Origin: Bacillota bacterium
Lineage (GTDB): Bacteria; Bacillota; Limnochordia; DTU087
Reading direction: 5' to 3'
Assembly: GCA_012519025.1 (NCBI GenBank)
Contig: JAAYQZ010000040.1
Coordinates: forward strand, 5,294-69,293
DNA: 64,000 nucleotides
Part shown: in pieces, positions 10,278 to 19,262 of the stretch
How positions within the stretch are numbered: the first letter of the stretch is position 1
Layout: the number at the start of each line of letters is the position of its first letter
Position numbers and translations under genes: made by a program
Notes under the pieces: model-generated
The model's input: the letters and a program-made list of their open reading frames with translations, nothing else
Databases searched by the model: none
What the model was told of the DNA's origin: nothing

Positions 10278-10402
10278 TTTGTGGCCTAGAGTGGTGTTTT
10301 TGGTTTGATTAAATACACTGTAAACACTCTGCAGTTGGGCAACCTCCTTCTACCACAACTACAGGGCTTCCATGCCGGCGCAAGCTAAGACATATCTGAG
10401 GG

Positions 10403-11143
10403 TTATTGTTCTTTCAGCGTTCTTCCCCGCACACCTCTTTTTAAGGCATATACTGCTGCCTGGGTGCGATCGGCAAGTTCAAGCTTTTGCAGAATGCTGC
10501 TTACATGGTTCTTGACTGTCTTTTCACTTATGGACAGCGTATCTGCTATTTCCTTGTTGCTTTGTCCCCCTACGATGCACTCCAATATTTCCCGTTCTCT
10601 AACCGTTAACCGGCTGATCAGGCCTACGTCAGAAATCTTTTGCCATTGGCCGTTGACCAATACCTCCCTTGTTGATAAACCTTCTCCAGTGGCGGCAATT
10701 TCATCTTGGAAGCGGCTGAGGCGGGTGAATTCCTTCAACACTTTTTCCAAAACAGGTGATTTTAAGTAAGCTTTGCCGGCGTGGACTGTGCGAATGGCAT
10801 TGGCCAGATTCGAAGGATCAACATCCTTTAAAACATAACCGGCAGCACCGGCGTTAAGTACTCTGAAAATATATTCATCATCATCATGGATAGTTAAAGC
10901 AATCACCTGCACCCCCGGGACAATTTCTTTAATCTGCTTTGTGGCCTCTAACCCATTTATTCCGGGCATATTAATATCCATGAGCACAACATCGGGGTTG
11001 ACAGATTTGCTTAAGGTCACTGCCTCTTCACCGTTGGCCGCCTGTGCCACCACTTTGATATCTTCTTCCATTTCTAATATGCGGCATAAACCCTGCCGCA
11101 AAAGCGCATGATCATCTGCAATCAAGACTTTGATCTGTTCCAA
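10403..11143 (-). CDS. degU: Two-component response regulator, NarL/DegU family
   Basis: A receiver domain (DDHxLxR, D at position 56, K at the C-terminal end) with a LuxR HTH. It lies immediately downstream of the DegS-like kinase. Confidence 0.8.
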   Translation of the reverse strand: MEQIKVLIADDHALLRQGLCRILEMEEDIKVVAQAANGEEAVTLSKSVNPDVVLMDINMPGINGLEATKQIKEIVPGVQVIALTIHDDDEYIFRVLNAGAAGYVLKDVDPSNLANAIRTVHAGKAYLKSPVLEKVLKEFTRLSRFQDEIAATGEGLSTREVLVNGQWQKISDVGLISRLTVREREILECIVGGQSNKEIADTLSISEKTVKNHVSSILQKLELADRTQAAVYALKRGVRGRTLKEQ

Positions 11144-11169
11144 TTAATACCCTCCCAAAGACCCATTTA

Positions 11170-12330
11170 CTATTCGGAGTTTAAGGGAACACTGGCAAAT
11201 ATGATAGTGCCGCGCCCGGGATTTGAATCTATCCGCAACGTCCCTTCTAAAAGGTCAACTCTTTCGCCCATAAACAAAAGTCCAAAACTCTCGACATGCT
11301 GGGCTTGGGAGCGGGCTTTGGCCGCGTCAAACCCGCGTCCGTTATCTTCAACCTGCATATTGATCTGATCATCAGCAAATTCCAACCTAACCGAAATTTG
11401 ACTGGCTTCCGCATGCTGCAAAGCGTTGTTTACAGCTTCCTGTACAAGGCGGAAAACGGTTATCTCCACGGTTTCCGGTAAACGCCGCTCCTTACCGAGG
11501 ATGACCAGCTGCACACGGGCATCTGTATCTTCCTGAACAGAGGTCATATAGCGGCGCAGTGTAGGTGCAAGGCCTAAATCATCCAATACCATGGGCCGCA
11601 GGTTGAAAATAATTCTGCGGGTATCTACAAGAGCATACTGCACTATATCTTTCAATTCAGCAATTTCCTCGGACAATTCCTTGCGATCTTCCTGAAGCAG
11701 CCTTTCACAAATTTCCGTTTTTAAAACCAAGCTTGCCAATGTCTGGGCCGGCCCGTCGTGAATATCCCTTGCTAGCCGACGCCTTTCATCTTCTTGAGCT
11801 TGGATGATTCTAGTGGCCAAAATTGACTTTTCCTGCAGGTTCTCAATATGTGTAAAGGCACTCTCCAAATCCCCGGCCAAAACCTGCATGGCGACTCCCA
11901 CTTGTTTGACCATGGTTTCAGCCTTTGTCACTACATCGCCGAGCTTGCGTATACTGCGGTCCAGCTCATCACGCTGACGCCGCAAAGACATTTCCCGCTC
12001 CCTGGCCACCGCTAATTTGACTTGCACACTTTGGGCGGCATCGTAAGCTCGTTTGATCTCAGTTTCATCATATCTTAGAAAATTTCGATCAACTTCTGCT
12101 AAGCGTCTTTTGGCATGGTCTAACTCAATCTCCAACCCATCCACCTGTTGAATGCAGGCTGTTGTCATGGTGCTGAGTTCACGGGCCTGCTTTTGCAGGC
12201 TTTCATATTCACTTCGGGCCATCTCCGCAATGTCGAAAATCTGCTCTTGGCTGTTGCGGAGAGCCAAAACTGTCTGTTCAAAGATTAAATCAATGCCTTT
12301 TAGGTTGAGCATAAGCCCGCGCACTGCCAA
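11170..12330 (-). CDS. degS: Cytoplasmic sensor histidine kinase, DegS-like (HisKA_3 plus HATPase_c)
   Basis: An N-terminal coiled-coil without transmembrane segments, an H-box RIAQAQEDERRRLARDIHDGPAQ, and a C-terminal ATPase domain. This arrangement is typical of DegS. Confidence 0.8.
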   Translation of the reverse strand: MAVRGLMLNLKGIDLIFEQTVLALRNSQEQIFDIAEMARSEYESLQKQARELSTMTTACIQQVDGLEIELDHAKRRLAEVDRNFLRYDETEIKRAYDAAQSVQVKLAVAREREMSLRRQRDELDRSIRKLGDVVTKAETMVKQVGVAMQVLAGDLESAFTHIENLQEKSILATRIIQAQEDERRRLARDIHDGPAQTLASLVLKTEICERLLQEDRKELSEEIAELKDIVQYALVDTRRIIFNLRPMVLDDLGLAPTLRRYMTSVQEDTDARVQLVILGKERRLPETVEITVFRLVQEAVNNALQHAEASQISVRLEFADDQINMQVEDNGRGFDAAKARSQAQHVESFGLLFMGERVDLLEGTLRIDSNPGRGTIIFASVPLNSE

Positions 12331-12438
12331 ATTAACGCTCCTTTCTTGACAATTTCACTCTTGTAACACAAAATTCGATACGAAAACCAGTGCTTCCTGC
12401 ACCGTTCATTACTTTTAAATCATATTTCCCACAATTTT

Positions 12439-13245
12439 CTATGATTCTCGGGCATCTGTCAGGGTATCGGCACAGCTGCATTGCTCTCCCCGATCAGCAG
12501 GAACAGCCGCAATCATACTGTAAAGCAGTTCTTTCAGCTGATCGTTGTTTGCTTGAAAAACCTTCAAAACTTCCGCATGGGTCACTGCTTCCACACCGGG
12601 TGCATCTACCAAGCCGGCATCATAATCAGTGACAAGGGCAATATTTACATAACACAGGCCCAGTTCCCGAGCAAGCATACCTTCGGGGTATTGGGTCATA
12701 TTGATTACATCCCACCCGTGGTTTTGAAACTCCCGGCTTTCCGCCTGAGTAGAGAATCTCGGACCTTGAATCACAACTACAGTTCCTTTGGGATGTATTG
12801 CAATACCCTGTTTTTGGCCTTCAATGATGGCAATTTGCCTAAGCTCACTGCAGTAAGGGTGGGCGGCACTGATATGGGTAGTGATGGGGCCGTCGAAAAA
12901 TGTGTCTGCCCGTCCCCAAGTGCGGTTGACGAATTGATCAGTGACCACGAAGTCTCCCGGCTTGATGGAGGATTTTAGACTGCCTGCGGCACAAGGCCCA
13001 ATAATCCTAGTTACCCCCAGTTTTTTCATTCCCCATAAATTCGCCCGATAGTTAATTTTATGCGGCGGCAAATGGTGTTCTTTGCCATGGCGGGGTAAAA
13101 ACGCGACTTTTTTGCCATCTATGGTGGCAAGGGCATATTTATCACTGGGGGCACCGTAAGGGGTTTCAACCCAAACCTCTTCCACATCGGGAAGCAGTTC
13201 GTAAAAACCCGAACCACCGAAAATACCTATATCTGCTTTTGTCAA
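12439..13245 (-). CDS. mtnP: S-methyl-5'-thioadenosine phosphorylase (PNP/MTAP family), TTG start
   Basis: MTAP signature IGIIGGSG near the N-terminus. An AAGGAGGG RBS sits 9 nt upstream of the TTG. Confidence 0.8.
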   Translation of the reverse strand: MTKADIGIFGGSGFYELLPDVEEVWVETPYGAPSDKYALATIDGKKVAFLPRHGKEHHLPPHKINYRANLWGMKKLGVTRIIGPCAAGSLKSSIKPGDFVVTDQFVNRTWGRADTFFDGPITTHISAAHPYCSELRQIAIIEGQKQGIAIHPKGTVVVIQGPRFSTQAESREFQNHGWDVINMTQYPEGMLARELGLCYVNIALVTDYDAGLVDAPGVEAVTHAEVLKVFQANNDQLKELLYSMIAAVPADRGEQCSCADTLTDARES

Positions 13246-13270
13246 AGAAAGCCCTCCTTTTGTTTATCTT

Positions 13271-13322
13271 TAAAGCAGAGCCAAAATACAAAATGGGTGG
13301 TGAGAGCACCACCCATTGTATT
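13271..13322 (-). terminator. Rho-independent terminator after metQ
   Basis: A 14-bp stem (AAUACAAUGGGUGGUG...CACCACCCAUUUUGUAUU) followed by UUUUGG. Confidence 0.6.
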
Positions 13323-13347
13323 CTATCTAAATGAACCAATCTCCTAG

Positions 13348-14136
13348 TTAGAATGCGGGAACAACTGCACCTTCATATTGCTCAAGGATAAAGTCTTTAA
13401 CTTTTTCAGAAAGCAGTGCCTCGGAAAGCTTGGCCAAATCTTCTCGATCAACATCAGCAGTACGCACGGCCAAAACATTCACATAAGGCGACTGGCTGTC
13501 TTCGATGAACAGAGCATCTGTTAGCGGCGTTAGGCCTGCTTCCAGGGCGTAGTTGGTGTTGATAATAGCAAGTTCAACATCAGGCAAGATTCGGGGCAGC
13601 TGTGCAGCTTCCAGTTCACTGAATCTGAGATTCTTAGGATTATCCACAATATCAAGGATGGTGGCAGTGATACCGGCCGCGGGATCAAGTTCAAGCAGCC
13701 CGTTTCTTTCCAAAAGCATTAAGGCTCTGCCGCCGTTAACGGGATCGTTTGGCATAGCTACCCGGGCTCCGTCGGCCAAGTCTTTTAGATCCGTCAGTTT
13801 GTCTGAGTAACCACCCATGGGTTCAATGTGCACAGCGGTGATATGGGTGAGGTCCAGGCGGTGATCCGCGGAAAATGTCTCCAGGTACGGGATATGCTGG
13901 AAATAGTTGGCATCAAGCTCCCCTTCGGCTAAAGCCAAATTGGGCTGAATGTAATCCGTAAACTCGATCACGACGAGCTCAATGCCATCTGCTGCAAGAT
14001 CATCTTTAATTAAATTCAAAACTTCAGCATGGGGAACCGGTGTGGCTCCAACTGTAAGGGTTTGGGCGTGTGCACCCAATGCACCGATACCAAGCAGTAA
14101 GACTAAAGTAAGGGTAATGGTAATTGCTCTTCTCAA
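13348..14136 (-). CDS. metQ: Methionine ABC transporter substrate-binding lipoprotein (MetQ/NlpA family)
   Basis: A signal peptide followed by an NlpA-family fold. It sits in a metNIQ operon behind an S-box. Confidence 0.8.
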   Translation of the reverse strand: MRRAITITLTLVLLLGIGALGAHAQTLTVGATPVPHAEVLNLIKDDLAADGIELVVIEFTDYIQPNLALAEGELDANYFQHIPYLETFSADHRLDLTHITAVHIEPMGGYSDKLTDLKDLADGARVAMPNDPVNGGRALMLLERNGLLELDPAAGITATILDIVDNPKNLRFSELEAAQLPRILPDVELAIINTNYALEAGLTPLTDALFIEDSQSPYVNVLAVRTADVDREDLAKLSEALLSEKVKDFILEQYEGAVVPAF

Positions 14137-14164
14137 TTCAAAGCCCTCCTAAAATTTGATGTAC

Positions 14165-14950
14165 TTATTTCTTGGATAACCGTTCGGCAGCCCAGTCTCC
14201 GAAAGACTGCATAATCTGCACAAGGACAATCAAAACAGCTACAGTTAACAGCATAATATCTCCCCGGAAGCGCTGGTATCCGTAGCGCACAGCCAAGTCT
14301 CCCAACCCACCCCCTCCCACAGCCCCCGCCATGGCGGAATAGCCGATTAAGTTAACTGCTGTAATGGTAAACCCCAACACCAAGGAAGGCAAAGCTTCCG
14401 GGATGAGGACCTTACATATAATTTGCAGTGGTGACGCACCCATGGCAAGAGCTGCCTCAACAACCCCGGCATCGACTTCTTTGAGTGCTGTCTCCACCAA
14501 CCGAGCCACAAAAGGAATAGCTGCCACAGTTAACGGCACCATAGCTGCCGTGGTACCGATGGAGGTGCCCACAACTCGCCTGGTAAAGGGAATGATTGCA
14601 ACCATGAGGATAATAAACGGAACAGAACGCCCGATATTAATTACGATACCCAGGATGCGATTGATTAAGGCGTTTGCCAGCACATGGCCCTTTTCTGTCA
14701 CAACTAAGATAATACCTAAAGGTAGACCGATAAGTTCCGCCAAGACTACAGCTACACCCACCATATACAAAGTTTCACCGGTGGCCTGCCAAAGCAGGTG
14801 CTGAATTGTTGGGTTGAATGTCCTAATGCTCAAAAGCAGCACTGCTGTGGCAATGGCGATCATAACTCCTGCAGCCGATGTGCCGATAATGGAATGCACA
14901 ATACTCCGCAGCGTTTGCCGAAAGCCGCACTCTGTCCTTTTAGTGTGCAT
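14165..14950 (-). CDS. metI: Methionine ABC transporter permease
   Basis: Transmembrane permease with an EAA-like loop. It lies between metN and metQ. Confidence 0.75.
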   Translation of the reverse strand: MHTKRTECGFRQTLRSIVHSIIGTSAAGVMIAIATAVLLLSIRTFNPTIQHLLWQATGETLYMVGVAVVLAELIGLPLGIILVVTEKGHVLANALINRILGIVINIGRSVPFIILMVAIIPFTRRVVGTSIGTTAAMVPLTVAAIPFVARLVETALKEVDAGVVEAALAMGASPLQIICKVLIPEALPSLVLGFTITAVNLIGYSAMAGAVGGGGLGDLAVRYGYQRFRGDIMLLTVAVLIVLVQIMQSFGDWAAERLSKK

Positions 14951-14951
14951 A

Positions 14952-15962
14952 TCACAGCACCTCCACCTGTAAATCTTGTTGGGTCAAAAACTGCCAAGCC
15001 TCTTGTAAAGCAGGAGCATCACCGGAAAGCTCTACTACAAGGGTGCCAAAGGGTGTATCTTTGATTTGATCAATCCGACCAAATAGGATGTTGACTGTGA
15101 CGGGAAAACGCTGCATCAGCTCTGCCATGATAGGTTTGCCGGCAGAAGCACCGATAAATGATATCTTAAGCAAGTTTTGCTTTCCATTGGCACTGCGTTC
15201 CAATAACTCTTGGGGGATATCTATCTCGATAACACCCCGCACAAGGCGCCGGGCCTGACGAGTTTTTGGAGCAGTGAAAACCTGCAGCACCGGCCCATTC
15301 TCTACAATGGAGCCATCTTCAATCACAGCTACACGATCACAAATTTGCTGTATTACCGGCATTTCATGGGTGATCAATAAAATAGTCAATCCCATTTGTC
15401 GATTAATATCCTGCAAAAGATCCAACACCGCTGTAGTTGTTTCAGGGTCCAAAGCCGATGTAGCCTCATCACAAAGAAGCACCTGAGGTCGATTGGCCAA
15501 TGCTCTTGCAATGCCTACCCGCTGTTTTTGTCCACCGCTCAACTGTGCCGGATAGCTGTCACTTCTATCTTCCAAACCTACCAGTTCTAAAAGCTCCAGT
15601 ACCCTGGTTTTGATTTCTTGTTTAGGTGTATTGGTTATTTCCAAAGGAAAAGCCACATTATCAAATACTGTTCTGGAAGACAGTAAGTTAAAGTGCTGAA
15701 ATATCATGCCGATGCGCTGCCGGGCCGTTCTTAAGGCCCTCCCCTTAAGTGATGTAATGTCGGTTCCATCTACTGTCACAACACCGGCCTGGGGCCGTTC
15801 CAACATGTTTATACATCTGACTAACGTGCTTTTGCCGGCCCCGCTTAATCCGATAATACCAAAGATCTCCCCTTGGTTGATCTCCAGATCTACATCATCT
15901 AAAGCCCGCACTTCTCGGTGTCCATCGGTAAAGATCTTAGTTAGATTGCGAATTTTAATCAA
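14952..15962 (-). CDS. metN: Methionine ABC transporter ATP-binding protein with a C-terminal NIL domain
   Basis: Walker A GLSGAGKST, ABC signature LSGGQKQR and a Walker B motif. A C-terminal regulatory domain is present. Confidence 0.85.
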   Translation of the reverse strand: MIKIRNLTKIFTDGHREVRALDDVDLEINQGEIFGIIGLSGAGKSTLVRCINMLERPQAGVVTVDGTDITSLKGRALRTARQRIGMIFQHFNLLSSRTVFDNVAFPLEITNTPKQEIKTRVLELLELVGLEDRSDSYPAQLSGGQKQRVGIARALANRPQVLLCDEATSALDPETTTAVLDLLQDINRQMGLTILLITHEMPVIQQICDRVAVIEDGSIVENGPVLQVFTAPKTRQARRLVRGVIEIDIPQELLERSANGKQNLLKISFIGASAGKPIMAELMQRFPVTVNILFGRIDQIKDTPFGTLVVELSGDAPALQEAWQFLTQQDLQVEVL

Positions 15963-16002
15963 TTACCCCACCCCCAAACCACCACTTAACATCCTGAAAT
16001 CT

Positions 16003-16035
16003 AAAAAAATCCTCTTTCAAGATGAAAGAGGATTT
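16003..16035 (-). terminator. Intrinsic terminator forming the expression platform of the S-box leader
   Basis: AAAUCCUCUUUCAUCUUGAAAGAGGAUUUUUUU lies immediately 3' of the SAM aptamer and 5' of metN. Confidence 0.75.
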
Positions 16036-16165
16036 AGATAACCTAACTCCGCCTCTCATCTTCCCGATACGAATTTGCATCGGCAGGATTTGGCACCTTG
16101 CGCAAAAGCGCCGGTTGCCGGGGTTCATCGGGCCAGTCCCTCCACCACTCTTGATAAGAGTAACA
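16036..16165 (-). ncRNA. SAM-I (S-box) riboswitch controlling metNIQ
   Basis: The minus-strand sequence CUCUUAUCAAGAGUGGUGGAGGGACUGGCCCGAUGAACCCCGGCAACC...GGUGCCAAAUCCUGCCGAUGCAAAUUCGUAUCGGGAAGAUGAGAGG matches the S-box consensus. Confidence 0.85.
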
Positions 16166-16195
16166 ATGTACTTATGCAATTTTCTCGTTGGTCAT

Positions 16196-16224
16196 AGTAT
16201 AGCAGTGGAAAAATGCCTTGTCAA
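16196..16224 (-). promoter_or_regulatory. Sigma-A-type promoter for the S-box/metNIQ transcript
   Basis: TTGACA, a 17-nt spacer, then TATACT on the minus strand just upstream of the riboswitch. The -35 element is about 20 nt downstream of the sialidase stop. Confidence 0.55.
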
Positions 16225-16243
16225 CAATTATTTTCTGGTTGTG

Positions 16244-17368
16244 TTAAAAGCTTTTAGTCAACGCAGCATGAAGTCTTTGGTCGATTTCATTTATTTTGAA
16301 TCTGACACTTAAGATATATGGTGTTTCACCTTTTATCCAGTGGCCGTAAGTAGTAGCTGCTATTGTACCGTCAGGGAGGACTTCAACTCCGGCATAAGCA
16401 GTATCCGCATCTTTATGGTTTTTTTTGAGCCGCATCCGATACTGCCCTTCCCGCCCTTGAACAATATCTTCATAGCGGCCCACCCAAGCTGCAAAATCAC
16501 CCCAGGTGGGGCTTAGGTGGGCTGTGTCTCTAAAGACCACTATCAGCCTCCCATCGGGGAGGTAGCGGGCCACATGGCGATCACCTGTTAAAGCCCCCGG
16601 AAGCTCCCGGGGGTTGCTCCAGGTCTGTCCATAATCCCGACTAAAACTCACAAAAGAGTTGAATACCCGGCTGTTTTCCCGAAGCAGTATGGCCATTTCC
16701 CGTCCATCGGGTGACATGACCACCCCCGCCTCACAAAGGTGTGCCTGTGGATGATCCACAAGCACTCTGGGCAGACTCCAGGAAAGACCGCCGTCGGTGC
16801 TTACAACACCATAAATCCGCATATAGGGATCATCGGTTTTGGGGAATTTATCTTGCCCGCCTTCACCTTTTTCAAGCAGTCGGTTGTCATCGTGGAAAAA
16901 AGCCAGATAGTGCCCTTTTGGGGGCAGTTTGACTAAATCGCTCATGGCTACGATGCCGCCGAATTTTCCGATGGGTTCAAGCTCAGACCAGGTGTGTCCC
17001 TCATCTTCAGATACCGACATGCGGATGGGATAGATACCGGAAAATAGGATCAGCCGGTTTTTCCCTTGGGGATCGGTTGTTTTGTAGATAGTGGGCACTT
17101 CTTGGGATGAAGCCCAGTTTGGTGGTGTCGACAGGGGATTCGTCCAAGTCAGACCTCCGTCAAAACTCTTTTTCATGACAATAGCACCGCGGCCGTGCCC
17201 TTTGGGGTATACAGCGATCATAGTGCACCCATCATCCAATAAAACCGTTGTCACATGGCCCAGGTACTGGCCGGGCTCTTGATGGACAACAACCTGCTTG
17301 GATACTTCTTCATCAAGATCAAACAAAGGGATGGAATAACCCCGACGCAGTTTGAAACCTTTTGACAT
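16244..17368 (-). CDS. BNR/Asp-box repeat exo-alpha-sialidase-like protein (GH33-like) with no signal peptide. An alternative start lies at 17446.
   Basis: Four Asp-box motifs: SFDGGLTW, SEDEGHTW, STDGGLSW and SRDYGQTW. The start is placed at MSKGFKL. Confidence 0.65.
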   Translation of the reverse strand: MSKGFKLRRGYSIPLFDLDEEVSKQVVVHQEPGQYLGHVTTVLLDDGCTMIAVYPKGHGRGAIVMKKSFDGGLTWTNPLSTPPNWASSQEVPTIYKTTDPQGKNRLILFSGIYPIRMSVSEDEGHTWSELEPIGKFGGIVAMSDLVKLPPKGHYLAFFHDDNRLLEKGEGGQDKFPKTDDPYMRIYGVVSTDGGLSWSLPRVLVDHPQAHLCEAGVVMSPDGREMAILLRENSRVFNSFVSFSRDYGQTWSNPRELPGALTGDRHVARYLPDGRLIVVFRDTAHLSPTWGDFAAWVGRYEDIVQGREGQYRMRLKKNHKDADTAYAGVEVLPDGTIAATTYGHWIKGETPYILSVRFKINEIDQRLHAALTKSF

Positions 17369-17458
17369 GTATTCACTTCCTGTTCTTCTCTTTAACACAT
17401 CATCGTTGAAAAGGTGGGCCTTTACCGGCACCATCCCACTGCACACCTGATCTAATGC

Positions 17459-18352
17459 CTAGCAACAGCCAAGATCATTTTCCACAGTCTGCATATATGC
17501 TGTTATATCTTTGGCAGCTTCCCGATGGATTTCGGCTATAGGGCCCATAGGTGCTTTACATGTGCCAGCGGGAACGTTGTATAAGACAGTGATTTCTTTT
17601 AGAGTCTGATACAGGCCGGCCTTTAAAATGCGGCTGACAACCACATTGATATGATGCTGAATCTTGCGGGCCTTGGTGTAATCCCCCATATGAAAACTCT
17701 GCATTAAATGTTTGGCCCAATGTCCAATTACGTTGTAGGTGCTGCCTATGGCACCATCGACATCCAGTGCTAATGCTGATAGAAGCATTTCATCATATCC
17801 GGAGAAGATGAGTTTATCCGGTAGAGCAGACCGCAGCTGTTCCAGTAAGAAAAAGTTGCTGGAGGTGAATTTGAGGCCGATTACATTGGGAAGACGCAAA
17901 ATTTCTTCGATATGAGTAAATTCAAGTTCCACACCTGTCAGACTCGGTATGTAGTAGGCAATCAGCGGTAAAGGGCTTGCCGATGCAATTTTTTGATAGT
18001 AGCCCTTGATTTCCGCAGCACTGAGTTTGTAGTAAAAAGGAGTTACGGCAGAAACTGCATCATACCCAAGCCGAGCGGTGTATTCTGCAAGTTCAATGCA
18101 CTCTTCCAGCACGTTGGAACCGATTTGTGCAATCATGGAAACTTCCCCCCGGGCAGCTGCATGGACAAGGGAAAATATTTGTTTTTTGGCTTCTGTTGTC
18201 AAAAGAAAATTTTCTCCCGTAGAGCCGTTTACATAAAGCCCATCAACACGGCAGTGCCCGATATTGTGGCGCACCAATGCGTGTATTCCTTGTTCATCAA
18301 CCCTGCCTTTGCTATCAAAAGCACCTAGAAGTGCTGAGAAAATACCCCGCAT
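17459..18352 (-). CDS. nanA: N-acetylneuraminate lyase (DHDPS/NanA family)
   Basis: Collinear with E. coli NanA: GLYVxGSTGE, DAVSAVTPFYY, a Schiff-base Lys in GLKFTS, GYDEM and DGxIGSTYN. Confidence 0.75.
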   Translation of the reverse strand: MRGIFSALLGAFDSKGRVDEQGIHALVRHNIGHCRVDGLYVNGSTGENFLLTTEAKKQIFSLVHAAARGEVSMIAQIGSNVLEECIELAEYTARLGYDAVSAVTPFYYKLSAAEIKGYYQKIASASPLPLIAYYIPSLTGVELEFTHIEEILRLPNVIGLKFTSSNFFLLEQLRSALPDKLIFSGYDEMLLSALALDVDGAIGSTYNVIGHWAKHLMQSFHMGDYTKARKIQHHINVVVSRILKAGLYQTLKEITVLYNVPAGTCKAPMGPIAEIHREAAKDITAYMQTVENDLGCC

Positions 18353-18593
18353 GACATGGCCTCCTTAAAATGCCGCTCCTTGATTATTTTGTTGTTTAAC
18401 TGTTTGTTGGTCGCCAATTGCAGAATTCCTTCTCTTTTGTTTGTCCGACACGCTCAATCCGATAGTTCCGCTCTTCGGGAATGCCTGATTCAACATACCT
18501 TTTTTGCCCGGAGGCATTCTTTAAGCAGGATTTCAGCCTGCACCTATTTAATCTTTGCAGTAAGTAATGTGAAGATATAAGGAGGGCTTGACC

Positions 18594-19262
18594 ATGATGG
18601 TAAAAACCCGTATGACGCCTGATCCCGTTACTGCCGCTCCGGATATGGGAGTGCTGGATGCTCTTAAACATATGCAGAGAAACAAGGTTAGGCGCTTACC
18701 AATCCTGGATAAAGACAGATTAGTTGGCATCGTGGTTGAATCCCAATTGCTTAAGGTGGCCCCTTCCCCGGCAACCACGTTGAGTGCTTTTGAGGTTAAT
18801 TATTTGTTGTCGAAAATGACGCTCAAGGATGTTATGACTAGAAACCCTGTCACCGTAACTCCGGACACTCTCATCGAAGAAGCCGCTGTTTTAATGTGGG
18901 ACAATGTAGTCAGCGGTCTGCCTGTTTTGGATGGCGATCAGCTGGTGGGGATCATCACAGAAACCAATATTTTCGATGCTTTCATAGACTCCATGGGTCT
19001 TAGGCAAAACGGCACCAGACTTGCCGTTGAGGCTGCGGATAAGGCCGGTGTGCTGGCAGATATTACTGCCATCATACGAGATCATGATATCAGTATCATC
19101 AGCCTTTCAACTTTTCATCAAAAGGATGCAAATAAACGCTCCATTGTCCTGCGGCTCGACACCACCGAGCTGGATGGTGTGGAGGAGGCCTTGGAAAGCA
19201 AAGGTTATGAAGTTGTGCATGTAGCCTATATGGCTAGCTGGAGTGAGAACAATCGCGGGTAG
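18594..19262 (+). CDS. Protein with a CBS domain pair and an ACT domain (AcuB-like)
   Basis: Two CBS motifs followed by a C-terminal ACT-like domain. An AAGGAGGG RBS sits 7 nt before the ATG at 18594. Confidence 0.6.
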   Translation: MMVKTRMTPDPVTAAPDMGVLDALKHMQRNKVRRLPILDKDRLVGIVVESQLLKVAPSPATTLSAFEVNYLLSKMTLKDVMTRNPVTVTPDTLIEEAAVLMWDNVVSGLPVLDGDQLVGIITETNIFDAFIDSMGLRQNGTRLAVEAADKAGVLADITAIIRDHDISIISLSTFHQKDANKRSIVLRLDTTELDGVEEALESKGYEVVHVAYMASWSENNRG

